31,967 nt of DNA, taken from NCBI GenBank assembly GCA_964449645.1, contig CAYVBN010000353.1, positions 1 through 31,967 of the forward strand, read 5' to 3'. This DNA is from an uncultured Hyphomicrobiales bacterium (GTDB lineage Bacteria; Pseudomonadota; Alphaproteobacteria; Rhizobiales; Xanthobacteraceae). Numbering within the stretch: the first letter of the stretch is position 1; every line of letters begins with the position of its first letter. Positions 23,510 to 31,967 of this stretch are shown piece after piece. Under the pieces are notes generated by a model. It saw nothing but the letters and a program-made list of their open reading frames with translations. It was not told where the DNA came from and searched no databases. Both the position numbers and the translations under genes were made by a program.

Positions 23510-24790
23510 ATGGCAGCGATGCGCGACAAGGCAGGCCGGCCCGTCGTCGCAGTGACCGGCATGGGCGTCGTCACGTCGCTCGGCGCCGGCAAGAGCGAGA
23601 ATTGGAACAGGCTCGTCGCCGGCCAATCCGGCATCCGCGCCATCACGCGTTTCCCCACCGACGGGCTGAAAACGCGCGTCGCTGGCACCATCGATTTCGT
23701 CGCTGTCGACCCGCTCGTGGCCCCGCAGCTCGCCGAGCGGCTGGCCGAGATCGCGATCGAAGAAGCGATCACGGAATCCGCGATCGACACGGCCGGCAGT
23801 TTTCCCGGACCGCTCTTTCTCGCGGTGGCCCCGATCGAGATCGAATGGCCACAGCGCGCCGAACTCGCCAAGGCGTCGGGATCGAACGAGGCCGTGACCT
23901 ACGACCACCTCATCCGCGCCGCCGGCGGCGGGCGCTTTCGCCCGTTTCACGACCGTTTCCTGTTCGGTTCGGTCGGCGACCACCTGGCCGACAAGTTTGG
24001 AACCCGCGGCACGCCCATTTCGCTCTCGACGGCGTGCGCCTCGGGCGCAAGCGCCATCCAGCTCGGGCTCGAGGCGATCCGCCGCGGCGAGGCGGATGCG
24101 GCGCTGTGCGTCGCGACCGACGGCTCGGTCAATCCCGAAAGCCTGGTGCGCTTTTCGCTCCTGTCGGCGCTCTCGACCCAGAATGATCCGCCGGAGGCGG
24201 CCCCCAAGCCGTTCGCCAAGAATCGCGACGGCTTCGTGATGGCCGAAGGCGCGGGCGCCCTCGTGCTGGAGAACTACGACAGCGCCAAGGCGCGCGGCGC
24301 GAAGATTCTCGGCATCATCGAGGGCTGCGGCGAGCTCGCCGACTCCTTCCACCGCACCCGCTCAAGCCCCGACGGAAAGCCGATCATCGGCTGCATGCGC
24401 AACGCGATCGCCGATGCGGGGCTCGAGCCCGACGCCATCGACTACATCAACGCACACGGGACCGGCACGCCCGAGAACGACAAGATGGAATGTCTCGGTG
24501 TCACGACCGTGTTCGGCGAGCGCATCAAGGACATCCCGATCTCCTCGAATAAATCGATGATCGGGCACACGCTCTCGGCCGCAGGCGCCGTCGAGGCGGT
24601 GATCTCGCTTCTCACTCTCGATCGTCAGCGCATTCCGCCGACCATCAACTACAAGGTCCCCGACCCCGCCATTCCGCTCGACGTCGTCCCGAACACCGCG
24701 CGCGACGCGCGCATCACCCACGCGATCTCCAACTCGTTCGGTTTCGGCGGCCAAAACGTCTCGCTCGTGATGGCGCGAGAGCCGGCCTGA
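23510..24790 (+). CDS. fabF1XL: Beta-ketoacyl-ACP synthase (active-site intact)
   Basis: ATG 23510 follows GAGGAG. STACASG, NAHGTGT, KSMIGHTL and SNSFGFGG motifs. Confidence 0.92.
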   Translation: MAAMRDKAGRPVVAVTGMGVVTSLGAGKSENWNRLVAGQSGIRAITRFPTDGLKTRVAGTIDFVAVDPLVAPQLAERLAEIAIEEAITESAIDTAGSFPGPLFLAVAPIEIEWPQRAELAKASGSNEAVTYDHLIRAAGGGRFRPFHDRFLFGSVGDHLADKFGTRGTPISLSTACASGASAIQLGLEAIRRGEADAALCVATDGSVNPESLVRFSLLSALSTQNDPPEAAPKPFAKNRDGFVMAEGAGALVLENYDSAKARGAKILGIIEGCGELADSFHRTRSSPDGKPIIGCMRNAIADAGLEPDAIDYINAHGTGTPENDKMECLGVTTVFGERIKDIPISSNKSMIGHTLSAAGAVEAVISLLTLDRQRIPPTINYKVPDPAIPLDVVPNTARDARITHAISNSFGFGGQNVSLVMAREPA

Positions 24791-25554
24791 TGACATCTGC
24801 TGCCGCTCGGCGCGTTCTGGTGACGGGCGGCGGACGCGGCCTCGGCACCGCCATCGTGCGGGCGCTGGCGCAAGCGGGTCACGATGTCACCTTCACGTAT
24901 CGCTCGGCCGCCGCGGATGCCGAGGCGCTGCTCGCGGAGCTCGGCGCGGCCTATCCGCGGCAGACCTTCGCGGCGCATAGCGTCGATCTCGCCGACAAAG
25001 CGGCGGTGGAAACCTTTGCGAAGGTGCTGGACAGCGAGACGCCCTACTCCGGTTTCGTGCACAACGCCGGGCAGTCCTACGACGCGCTCGCCATGATGAT
25101 GGACCAGGACAAGGCCGAGCAGGCGATGCAGGTGAACTTCTGGTCCTTCGCGCGGATCGCCAGCGTGCTCGTGCGGCCGATGATGCGCGCGCGCGACGGG
25201 CGGATCGCAGCGATCGGATCGGTCACCGCCCTGCAGGCCAACCAGGGCAATGCCGCCTACGCGGCCTCGAAATCCGCGCTTCTCGGCTATGTGCGCACGC
25301 TCGCGGTCGAAACGGCGCGCAGCGGCGTGACGGCCAACTACGTGGCGCCGGGCTTCATCGACACCGCCATGGTCGCGCCTTACGCAAAATATCGCGAGCA
25401 GATGGAAAGCCAGATCCCGGCGCGCCGCTTCGCCCGCCCGGACGAGATCGCCGGGGTCGTCGCCTTCCTGCTGTCGCCGCAGGCGACCTACGTCACCGGG
25501 TCGGTGTTGACCGTTGACGGCGGGCTTTCGGCAGCGATAGGCATCCATCGCTAA
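24790..25554 (+). CDS. SDR-family FabG-like 3-oxoacyl-ACP reductase
   Basis: TGGGRGLG, HNAG, S...YAASK, VAPGFIDT and TGSVLTVDGG motifs. TGATG coupling to fabF1XL. Confidence 0.88.
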   Translation: MTSAAARRVLVTGGGRGLGTAIVRALAQAGHDVTFTYRSAAADAEALLAELGAAYPRQTFAAHSVDLADKAAVETFAKVLDSETPYSGFVHNAGQSYDALAMMMDQDKAEQAMQVNFWSFARIASVLVRPMMRARDGRIAAIGSVTALQANQGNAAYAASKSALLGYVRTLAVETARSGVTANYVAPGFIDTAMVAPYAKYREQMESQIPARRFARPDEIAGVVAFLLSPQATYVTGSVLTVDGGLSAAIGIHR

Positions 25555-25586
25555 TCCCCGACAACGACGCCCGGACACACGATCTC

Positions 25587-26609
25587 ATGCGTGCGCTTAC
25601 CCTTGTCGCCGACCGGAAGCTCGAGTTGCGCGACGTCGAGCCGCCCCCGCCTCCCGGTCCCGGCGAGGTGCAGGTGCGCGTCAAGGCCGTGGCTCTCAAC
25701 CACATCGACGTATGGGGTTTCCGCGGCATGGCGTTCGCGAAGCGCAAGCTGCCGCTCGTGGTCGGCGCGGAAGCCGCCGGCGAAATCGCCGCGCTCGGTC
25801 CCGGCGTCGACGGCTTCGCCCCCGGGGATCCGGTCGTGATGTACGGCGCCATGACCTGCGCGACCTGCAAGGCCTGCCGCGAAGGCCGCGACAATCTGTG
25901 CGAGAACGTCCAAGGCATCATGGGCTTCCACATCGACGGCTTCGCGCGCGACCTGCTCAATCTGCCGGCGCGGCTGACGATCCCGGTGCCCAAGGGCGTC
26001 GCGCTTCGCGATGCCGCGTGCGCGCCGATCGCGTTTTCGACGGTCGAGCACATGCTGTTCGACAATGCCAAGCTCCAGCCCGGCGAGACGGTCCTGGTGC
26101 ATGCCGGCGGCTCCGGCATCGGCACCGCCGCGATCCGCATGGCCAAGGCGATCGGCTGCACCGTCATCACGACGGTGGGCGACGACACCAAGGCCGAGAA
26201 GGCGAAGGCGCTCGGGGCCGATCACGTGATCAACTACCGGACCGACCGGTTCGAGCACCTGGTGCGGAAGATCACTGCCAAGAAGGGCGTCGACGTCGTG
26301 TTCGAGCACGTCGGGGCCGAGACGTTCAACGGCTCGCTTCTGTCGCTCAAGCGCGGCGGCCGGCTCGTCACCTGCGGATCGACCTCGGGCCCGACAACGA
26401 CCATCAACCTGATGCAGCTCTTCCAGCAACAGTACAAGATCTTCGGCTCGTTCGGCGCCTCAATGCGCAACATTCGCGACGCGCTCGCCAAGATGGCGGA
26501 CGGCATCCTTCCGGTGATCGACACGGAAGTCGATCTGGCCGATCTCGAGCAGGGTCTCGCGCGTCTCGAGAGCCGCCAGGTGTTCGGCAAGGTGATCGTG
26601 CGGTTCTGA
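25587..26609 (+). CDS. adhA2XL: Zn-binding MDR-family oxidoreductase of the VLCFA cluster
   Basis: CATCKAC...NLC structural Zn site and HAGGSGIG nucleotide-binding loop, in the syntenic position before lpxXL. Confidence 0.85.
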   Translation: MRALTLVADRKLELRDVEPPPPPGPGEVQVRVKAVALNHIDVWGFRGMAFAKRKLPLVVGAEAAGEIAALGPGVDGFAPGDPVVMYGAMTCATCKACREGRDNLCENVQGIMGFHIDGFARDLLNLPARLTIPVPKGVALRDAACAPIAFSTVEHMLFDNAKLQPGETVLVHAGGSGIGTAAIRMAKAIGCTVITTVGDDTKAEKAKALGADHVINYRTDRFEHLVRKITAKKGVDVVFEHVGAETFNGSLLSLKRGGRLVTCGSTSGPTTTINLMQLFQQQYKIFGSFGASMRNIRDALAKMADGILPVIDTEVDLADLEQGLARLESRQVFGKVIVRF

Positions 26610-26621
26610 CGAGCGGCAACG

Positions 26622-27560
26622 ATGCGCATGAGCTTCAAGCGGTTTGCGCGGCGACTCGCCGCCGCAACCAAGCCGGCGGTGGACGCGGCGGCCGGACGCC
26701 TCGCCGTCGGGCTGCTCGCGGTGATCCGCCGGTTCAAGCGCGAACGGATCAGCGACATTCTCGGCGCCGGGATGCGCAGGATCGGTCCGTGGCTGCCGGA
26801 GCATCGGATTGGCCGCGCCAATCTCGCGGCCGCCTTCCCGCAGATGCCGCCGGAGGAGATCGAGCGGATTCTTGCCGGCGTCTGGGACAACCTCGGGCGT
26901 CTTGCCGCCGAGTTCGCCTTTCTCGACCGGCTGCGCATCCCCGAGGTCCCGGACCAGCCCGCCGCCGTGGCGGACATCACCTACGATCGCGCCACCTACG
27001 ACCGCTTCCTGCGGCTACGCTCCGAACGCAAGCCGGCGCTCGTCTTCGCCGCCCATCTCGCCAATTGGGAGCTTCCGGCGCTCGTCGCCGGCGTGCACGG
27101 GCTCGATGCAGTCGTGCTCTATCGCCGCCCCAATCTCGGCGCGGTGGCCGATGCGGTGATGCAGATCCGGCAGACCAGCATGGTGCAGATGGTGCCGACG
27201 AGCCTCTCGGCGCCGCTGAAGCTGGCACGTGCGCTCGAGGCCGGCCGCCTCGCCGCAATGCTCGTCGACCAGCATTACGTGAAAGGCGTCGAGGTCACGT
27301 TCTTTGGCCGTCGCTGTCTCGCCAATCCGCTGATCGCCGCGCTCGCCCGGCAGATCGAATGCCCGATCTACGGCACGCGCGTCGTCCGGCTGCCCGGCCA
27401 CCGCTTTCGCGCGGAGATCAGCGAGGCCATCCCGCCGGTGCGCGACGCCGAGGGCCGCATCGACGTGCAAGGCACAATGCAGGCGATCACTTCGGTGATC
27501 GAGGGCTGGGTGCGCGAGCACCCCGAGCAATGGCTGTGGCTGCACCGGCGCTGGCGCTGA
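26622..27560 (+). CDS. lpxXL: Lipid A very-long-chain fatty acyltransferase
   Basis: HLANWE, YRRPN, MLVDQ and PEQWLWLHRRWR motifs (LpxL family), at the end of the acpXL cluster. Confidence 0.9.
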   Translation: MRMSFKRFARRLAAATKPAVDAAAGRLAVGLLAVIRRFKRERISDILGAGMRRIGPWLPEHRIGRANLAAAFPQMPPEEIERILAGVWDNLGRLAAEFAFLDRLRIPEVPDQPAAVADITYDRATYDRFLRLRSERKPALVFAAHLANWELPALVAGVHGLDAVVLYRRPNLGAVADAVMQIRQTSMVQMVPTSLSAPLKLARALEAGRLAAMLVDQHYVKGVEVTFFGRRCLANPLIAALARQIECPIYGTRVVRLPGHRFRAEISEAIPPVRDAEGRIDVQGTMQAITSVIEGWVREHPEQWLWLHRRWR

Positions 27561-27598
27561 TGCGCGCGTCCGGCGGACTCGCCGAAAGCGAACATCGA

Positions 27599-28360
27599 TC
27601 AGCCCGCCTCCCGATTCCGCGCCGTCCAGGCCTCCATCAGGTCGACCGGAAACGGAAACACGATGGTCGAGCTGCGCTCCCCCGCAATGTCGAACAGCGT
27701 TGCGAGATAGCGGAGCTGCATCGCCTGCGGCACCGGCGCGAGAATGCGGGCGGCATCGAGCAGCTTCTGTGCGGCCTGCTGTTCACCCTCTGCGTTGATG
27801 ATCTTGGCGCGGCGTGAGCGCTCGGCTTCGGCCTGACGTGCGATCGCCCGGACCATGCTCTCGTCGAGATCGATGCGCTTGATCTCGACATTCGAGACCT
27901 TGATGCCCCAGCCTTCGGTCTGCTTATCGAGCACGTCCTGGATGTCGGCGTTGAGTTTGTCCCGTTCAGCCAGCATCTGGTCGAGATCGTGTTTGCCCAG
28001 GACCCAGCGCAGGGTAGTCTGCGCGAGCTGGCTCGTTGCCATCAGATAATTGTTGACCTGAATGATCGCCCGCTCGGCATCGACGACGCGAAAATAAATC
28101 ACGGCGTTCACCTTGACGGAAACGTTGTCACGCGAAATCACGTCCTGGGGCGGCACCTCGTCGACGACGACCCGAAGATCGACGCGCACCATCTGCTGCA
28201 CGAAGGGCACGAGCAGAAACAATCCCGGCCCCTTCGTTCCGGTGTAGCGCCCCAGCGTGAACACGACCCCGCGTTCGTATTCGCGCAGAATGCGTATGCT
28301 CGAAAATAAAATGACCGACAGGAAAACGACTATGATGGCGATGACCGCGGCAGAGAACAT
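27599..28360 (-). CDS. SPFH/band-7 (slipin/stomatin-like) membrane protein
   Basis: ATG 28360 with a [33 protein letters not shown] and [18 protein letters not shown] motifs. Confidence 0.93.
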   Translation of the reverse strand: MFSAAVIAIIVVFLSVILFSSIRILREYERGVVFTLGRYTGTKGPGLFLLVPFVQQMVRVDLRVVVDEVPPQDVISRDNVSVKVNAVIYFRVVDAERAIIQVNNYLMATSQLAQTTLRWVLGKHDLDQMLAERDKLNADIQDVLDKQTEGWGIKVSNVEIKRIDLDESMVRAIARQAEAERSRRAKIINAEGEQQAAQKLLDAARILAPVPQAMQLRYLATLFDIAGERSSTIVFPFPVDLMEAWTARNREAG

Positions 28361-28389
28361 GGTGTTCCTCCTTCTCGGGAACGGGAGCG

Positions 28390-29781
28390 CTAGGCCGCCT
28401 CGACGATGAGGACGAGACCCTCGCGATCGACGACTTTGATGCGGCTGCCGGACTGCAGCACCCGAGCGGCTCGCGCGCGCCAAATCTCCCCGTTGACCCG
28501 CACCCGCCCCTCTTTGTCCTGCCAGGACACGGTTTCACCTTCGCTGCCGATCAGCCCCTCCTCGCCGGTGATGACGGCCCGCTTGCGCGATCGGAGCAGC
28601 ATCGAAAGCACCAGCACGAAGAAGCCACCGATCACGACGGCAACTCCCATGGCGACCAGCGGGGAAAGCGCGAAGCCGGGCACGCCCGCGGGAAACATCA
28701 TGATTGCGCCGATGACGAACGCCGCGATGCCGGCGAGCCCGACGAGTCCCAAGGCCCCGATGTGGACTTCGGCGACCATAAGTCCGATGCCGAGAAGAAC
28801 GAGCGCCACGCCCGCATAGTTAATGGGAAGCAGATTGAGCGCGTAAAGCGCCACGATCAGGCTGATGGCGCCGACCAGACCCGGCGCGATCATGCCCGGG
28901 CTGAAAAACTCGAAGATCAACCCGAACACGCCGACCGTCAGGAGAATGAAAGCGATGTTCGGCGCGGTGATGACGGCGAGGAATTCAGTCCGCCAGTCGG
29001 GCGCTTGCGACACGACGTCGAGCCCGGCCGTCGCCAGCCGTTCAGGCTTGCCGCCCACCACGACGGTGCGTCCGTCGATCTTGCGGAGAAGATCCGGAAT
29101 ATCGTCGGCAATGACGTCGACGACATTGAGCTTGAGGGCTTCCGGAGCCGGAACGCTCGCGGCGTTGCGCACGGCTTCCGCCGCCCAGTCGGCGTTGCGA
29201 TGGTGGAGGTTCGCCAGCCCGCGGATATACGCCACGGCGTCGTTGAGGATCTTGCGCGACTCGGCGTCAGCGGGCTCGTTCTGACCTTTCGTCTGTCCGG
29301 AATGTTCGCTCGGCTTCCCATTCGGGAACAGAGGACTTCCGCCCAACTGCACGGGCGTGGCCGCGCCGATATTGGTGCCCGGCGCCATCGCGGCGATCGC
29401 GCTCGCATAGGCGATATATGTTCCGGCGCTTGCCGCGCGCGCGCCGTTCGGCGCCACATAGGTCGCAACCGGGACCGGAGATGCCAGAATCGCGGTGATG
29501 ATCCTGCGCATCGAGGTGTCGAGCCCGCCCGGCGTATTCATCCGCAGGATCACGAGCCCGACCTCGCCCGGCTTCACCGTCCGGAGCTCGCGCTCGACAT
29601 AATCGGCAACAGCCGGCCCGATCGCGCCGTCGATTGTGAGCACAACGGCGCGTTCGGCCGCGGCCGCCGGAGTCGAAAGGACCGACAGCGCAGCGATCCC
29701 CGCAATCAGCAGTTCGACGGCGCGCCGGCGCAGTGAGTCACGAAACCGAGAACCGGTCACAGGGCTCGGCGGCAAATGCAT
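28390..29781 (-). CDS. nfeD: Long-form NfeD membrane-bound serine protease
   Basis: [41 protein letters not shown] and a C-terminal OB domain (GEIWRA). Start is uncertain; ATG 29781 chosen. Confidence 0.9.
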   Translation of the reverse strand: MHLPPSPVTGSRFRDSLRRRAVELLIAGIAALSVLSTPAAAAERAVVLTIDGAIGPAVADYVERELRTVKPGEVGLVILRMNTPGGLDTSMRRIITAILASPVPVATYVAPNGARAASAGTYIAYASAIAAMAPGTNIGAATPVQLGGSPLFPNGKPSEHSGQTKGQNEPADAESRKILNDAVAYIRGLANLHHRNADWAAEAVRNAASVPAPEALKLNVVDVIADDIPDLLRKIDGRTVVVGGKPERLATAGLDVVSQAPDWRTEFLAVITAPNIAFILLTVGVFGLIFEFFSPGMIAPGLVGAISLIVALYALNLLPINYAGVALVLLGIGLMVAEVHIGALGLVGLAGIAAFVIGAIMMFPAGVPGFALSPLVAMGVAVVIGGFFVLVLSMLLRSRKRAVITGEEGLIGSEGETVSWQDKEGRVRVNGEIWRARAARVLQSGSRIKVVDREGLVLIVEAA

Positions 29782-29952
29782 GGGCCGCCTCGTTTGTGCG
29801 ATTATCTGTTCGCATCTAAGGTCGAGGATGCAACTTTGCAACCCTCGTTGGATCCGGCGAGGGTTGTGCGCGTTTCGGCCACAGGTGTCGGTTGTCTGGA
29901 GAAACAGCCGATGGGGCGAGAACCCGGCCCGCAATCGGCGAATTGCCGCACT

Positions 29953-31065
29953 TCACCGCCCCGTCTTGATCCGTGTCCAGAGCCGATTCATCACGCGCTG
30001 CGTCTTCGGATCGTGCGCGTTGATGGTGTAGAGCCGGCTCATGGTGGCGGCGTCCGGATAGATGGCGCGGTCCTCCAGGATCGCCTTGTCGATGAATTTC
30101 TGGCTCGCGAGATTGCCGTTTGCGTACGAGACGAGATCAGAGTTCTTCGCCGCCACCTCGGGCTTGAGCAGATAATTGATGAAGGCGTGCGCCTCGGCGA
30201 CGTTCTTCGCATCCTTCGGAATGGCGAGATTATCGAACCACATCTGCGCCCCTTCCTTCGGAATGACGTAGCCGATCTCGACCCCGTTGCGGGCTTCGCG
30301 CGCACGCTTCTGCGCCTGCTTGATGTCGCCCGACCAGCCGACGACGAGGCAGATCTCACCGCTCGCGAGCGCATTGAGATATTCGGAGGAATGGAACTTG
30401 CGCACCGATGGGCGCACCTTGGCGATGAGATCGGCGGCGCGTTCGAGCAGAGCCGGATCGGTCGTGTTCGGGTCGAGCCCGAGATAGCGCAATGCCGCCG
30501 GGAGGATGTCGTCGGAGGAGTCGAGCATGTAGACTCCGCAATCCTTGAACTTGGCGAGGTTCTCCGGCTTGAACACCATGTCCCAACTGTCGATGGCAGC
30601 GCCCGGCCCCAGGATGTCGCGCACCTTGCCGACATTATAGCCGATGCCGGTCGTGCCCCACATGTAGTTGACCGCATACTGGTTGCCGGGATCGTAATTG
30701 GCGAGCCGCTCGGCGATCTCCGGCCAGACGTTGACCAGGTTGGGCAGCTTCGACTTGTCGAGCTTCTGGAAAACGCCCGCCTTGATCTGCCGCTGCAGGA
30801 AATAGGCGGTTGGCACGACGACGTCGTAACCGGACTTGCCGGCGAGCAGCTTGGTCTCGAGCGTATCGTTGGAATCGAACGTGTCGTAGCGGACGCGGAT
30901 TCCGGTTTCCTTCGTGAATCCGTCGAGCACCGTCGGATCGATGTAATCCGACCAATTGTAGACATTGAGCGTGCGTTCCTGGGCGACCGAGCCCGGAGCC
31001 ACGGCAGCCATCACGGCGCAGATCAGGGCCGCACCGAAGGCGTATCGCAAGAGAGCAAAGCACAT
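29953..31065 (-). CDS. potF: Polyamine (putrescine) ABC transporter substrate-binding protein
   Basis: LNVYNWSDYI, YDTFDSNDTLETKLLAG.SGYDVVVP, YMWGTTGIGYN, GWSGD and WFDNLAIPKDA motifs. Alternative start 31080. Confidence 0.88.
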   Translation of the reverse strand: MCFALLRYAFGAALICAVMAAVAPGSVAQERTLNVYNWSDYIDPTVLDGFTKETGIRVRYDTFDSNDTLETKLLAGKSGYDVVVPTAYFLQRQIKAGVFQKLDKSKLPNLVNVWPEIAERLANYDPGNQYAVNYMWGTTGIGYNVGKVRDILGPGAAIDSWDMVFKPENLAKFKDCGVYMLDSSDDILPAALRYLGLDPNTTDPALLERAADLIAKVRPSVRKFHSSEYLNALASGEICLVVGWSGDIKQAQKRAREARNGVEIGYVIPKEGAQMWFDNLAIPKDAKNVAEAHAFINYLLKPEVAAKNSDLVSYANGNLASQKFIDKAILEDRAIYPDAATMSRLYTINAHDPKTQRVMNRLWTRIKTGR

Positions 31066-31194
31066 TGATCCGTTCCCCACACGAACATCGCGGCGACGCG
31101 GCCGGTGGCGCCATACGCGGAACGGAAATTAGGGTGGCGCGTCTTCCCTCTCAATGCGGCGATGCGCCCGCCGGCTCCGGAAGCGCCGAGCCGC

Positions 31195-31476
31195 TCAGCG
31201 CTCGTAGGAGCGCGGACGACGCCGCGGCGGCGGATTGTGCTTCGGCGGGACGGACGCGGCGTACGACGGATTGCGATTGCAAATACCCCCGACGCCGCTC
31301 ACCGTGGCCATGCACTGCTCGAACGTGCTGAACCCGCAGTTCGAACCGCCGTACAAATAATAATACGCGCACCAAGGATAGTTGGCGCTCCACCACCAGT
31401 CCCCCGCGTGGGCAGGCCGAGCATCGGCAAGCAGGAGGGCAAAAAGCGCGCCCAGAACAACGCCCGTCATCCGCAT
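31195..31476 (-). CDS. DUF3551-family small secreted Cys-containing protein
   Basis: Signal peptide ending PAHA, then YPWCAY...NCGFSTFEQCMATVSGVGGICNRNP. GGGAG SD before ATG 31476. Confidence 0.85.
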   Translation of the reverse strand: MRMTGVVLGALFALLLADARPAHAGDWWWSANYPWCAYYYLYGGSNCGFSTFEQCMATVSGVGGICNRNPSYAASVPPKHNPPPRRRPRSYER

Positions 31477-31557
31477 CGACATCTCCCGTTGATTCATTAT
31501 CGGCCAGTTTACACGGAACGGGCGCCGGCCGAACCGCAATCGATCATCCTCGGCACG

Positions 31558-31884
31558 TCAGGTTTCGGTCGGATATCCCGCGGCCTTCCAGGCCTTTAGG
31601 CCCCCGGCCAGGTGGGCGTCATAGGCGAGACCGGCCGCCTGGGCGGCCAGCGACGCCGTCACCGAGCGGTTGCCCGAACGGCAGGCGAACACGACCTCGC
31701 GGCCGGCGGGGTCCGGGATCGCGTGCGGATCAAAGGCCGAGAGCGGCAGGATGAACGCCCCCGGATAACGCTCGGCGTCGGTCTCGACCGGCTCGCGGAC
31801 GTCGACCAGCAAGATCCGCCCTGCGGCGAGCCCCTCCGCCACATCCTGGGGGGTGAGGTCGCGCACCTTCGGAGGGTTGCTCAT
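31558..31884 (-). CDS. Single-domain rhodanese-like sulfurtransferase
   Basis: LLVDVREPVE, active loop CRSGNRS and HLAGGLKAW. GAGGAG SD. Confidence 0.9.
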   Translation of the reverse strand: MSNPPKVRDLTPQDVAEGLAAGRILLVDVREPVETDAERYPGAFILPLSAFDPHAIPDPAGREVVFACRSGNRSVTASLAAQAAGLAYDAHLAGGLKAWKAAGYPTET

Positions 31885-31967
31885 CGGGGTCTCCTCGCGG
31901 GCCTTGGTCAGGTCTCTTTACAGCCTGGAGCCCGGATTGCAATTCGGTCGGCCGCACCGCGCCCGAC

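Noticed and set aside
27599-29781. nfeD-SPFH pair as a novel system
   Set aside because: This is a well-known conserved gene pair with nothing unusual here. The single W in [10 protein letters not shown] (usually Ser) is noted, but one substitution is not enough to call.
65-31068. Many long alternative-frame or antisense ORFs in the track (e.g. 65..1294, 3718..5061, 12231..13742, 14142..15794, 17887..19440, 25712..27817, 29776..31068)
   Set aside because: They overlap well-supported genes, are Arg/Ala/Pro-rich and motif-free, and are the expected shadow ORFs of high-GC DNA.
31885-31967. 3' end of a gene entering from beyond the window on the minus strand
   Set aside because: Too short to establish the frame or product.

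Overview
GC-rich alphaproteobacterial chromosomal window (Hyphomicrobiales; Bradyrhizobiaceae/Xanthobacteraceae-like, inferred from acpXL, DUF3551 and the repeat families). In order: (i) 1-4.8 kb, a ThDP-dependent enzyme and a NitT/TauT-type ABC transporter; (ii) stand-alone metA between palindromic repeats; (iii) a 4,5-dihydroxyphthalate-decarboxylase-family gene, DoxX, and an NCS2 permease + ComD/ComE-like decarboxylase operon; (iv) an intact-looking IS5-family element inserted at a CTAG; (v) 12.4-17.9 kb, two convergent copper modules: DUF2946 leader -> His1 beta-barrel-like protein -> copC -> copD::cytochrome c::redoxin-like fusion, and DUF2946 leader -> PCuAC; (vi) a DedA::ATP-grasp fusion, a small membrane protein and rlpA; (vii) the lipid A very-long-chain fatty acid cluster acpXL-fabZXL-fabF2XL-fabF1XL-[extra fabG-like]-adhA2XL-lpxXL; (viii) SPFH-nfeD, potF, DUF3551 and rhodanese. 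The best candidate for an interesting system is the copper locus. Both modules are headed by a membrane-targeted Cys-motif leader ending in a ribosome-arrest-type motif (RAPP or RGPP). In both, the leader's 3' coding sequence is complementary to the ribosome-binding region of the next gene, suggesting two parallel copper-sensing translational switches of the CruR/CutF type. All calls come from reading the sequence by eye; no searches or folding programs were run.
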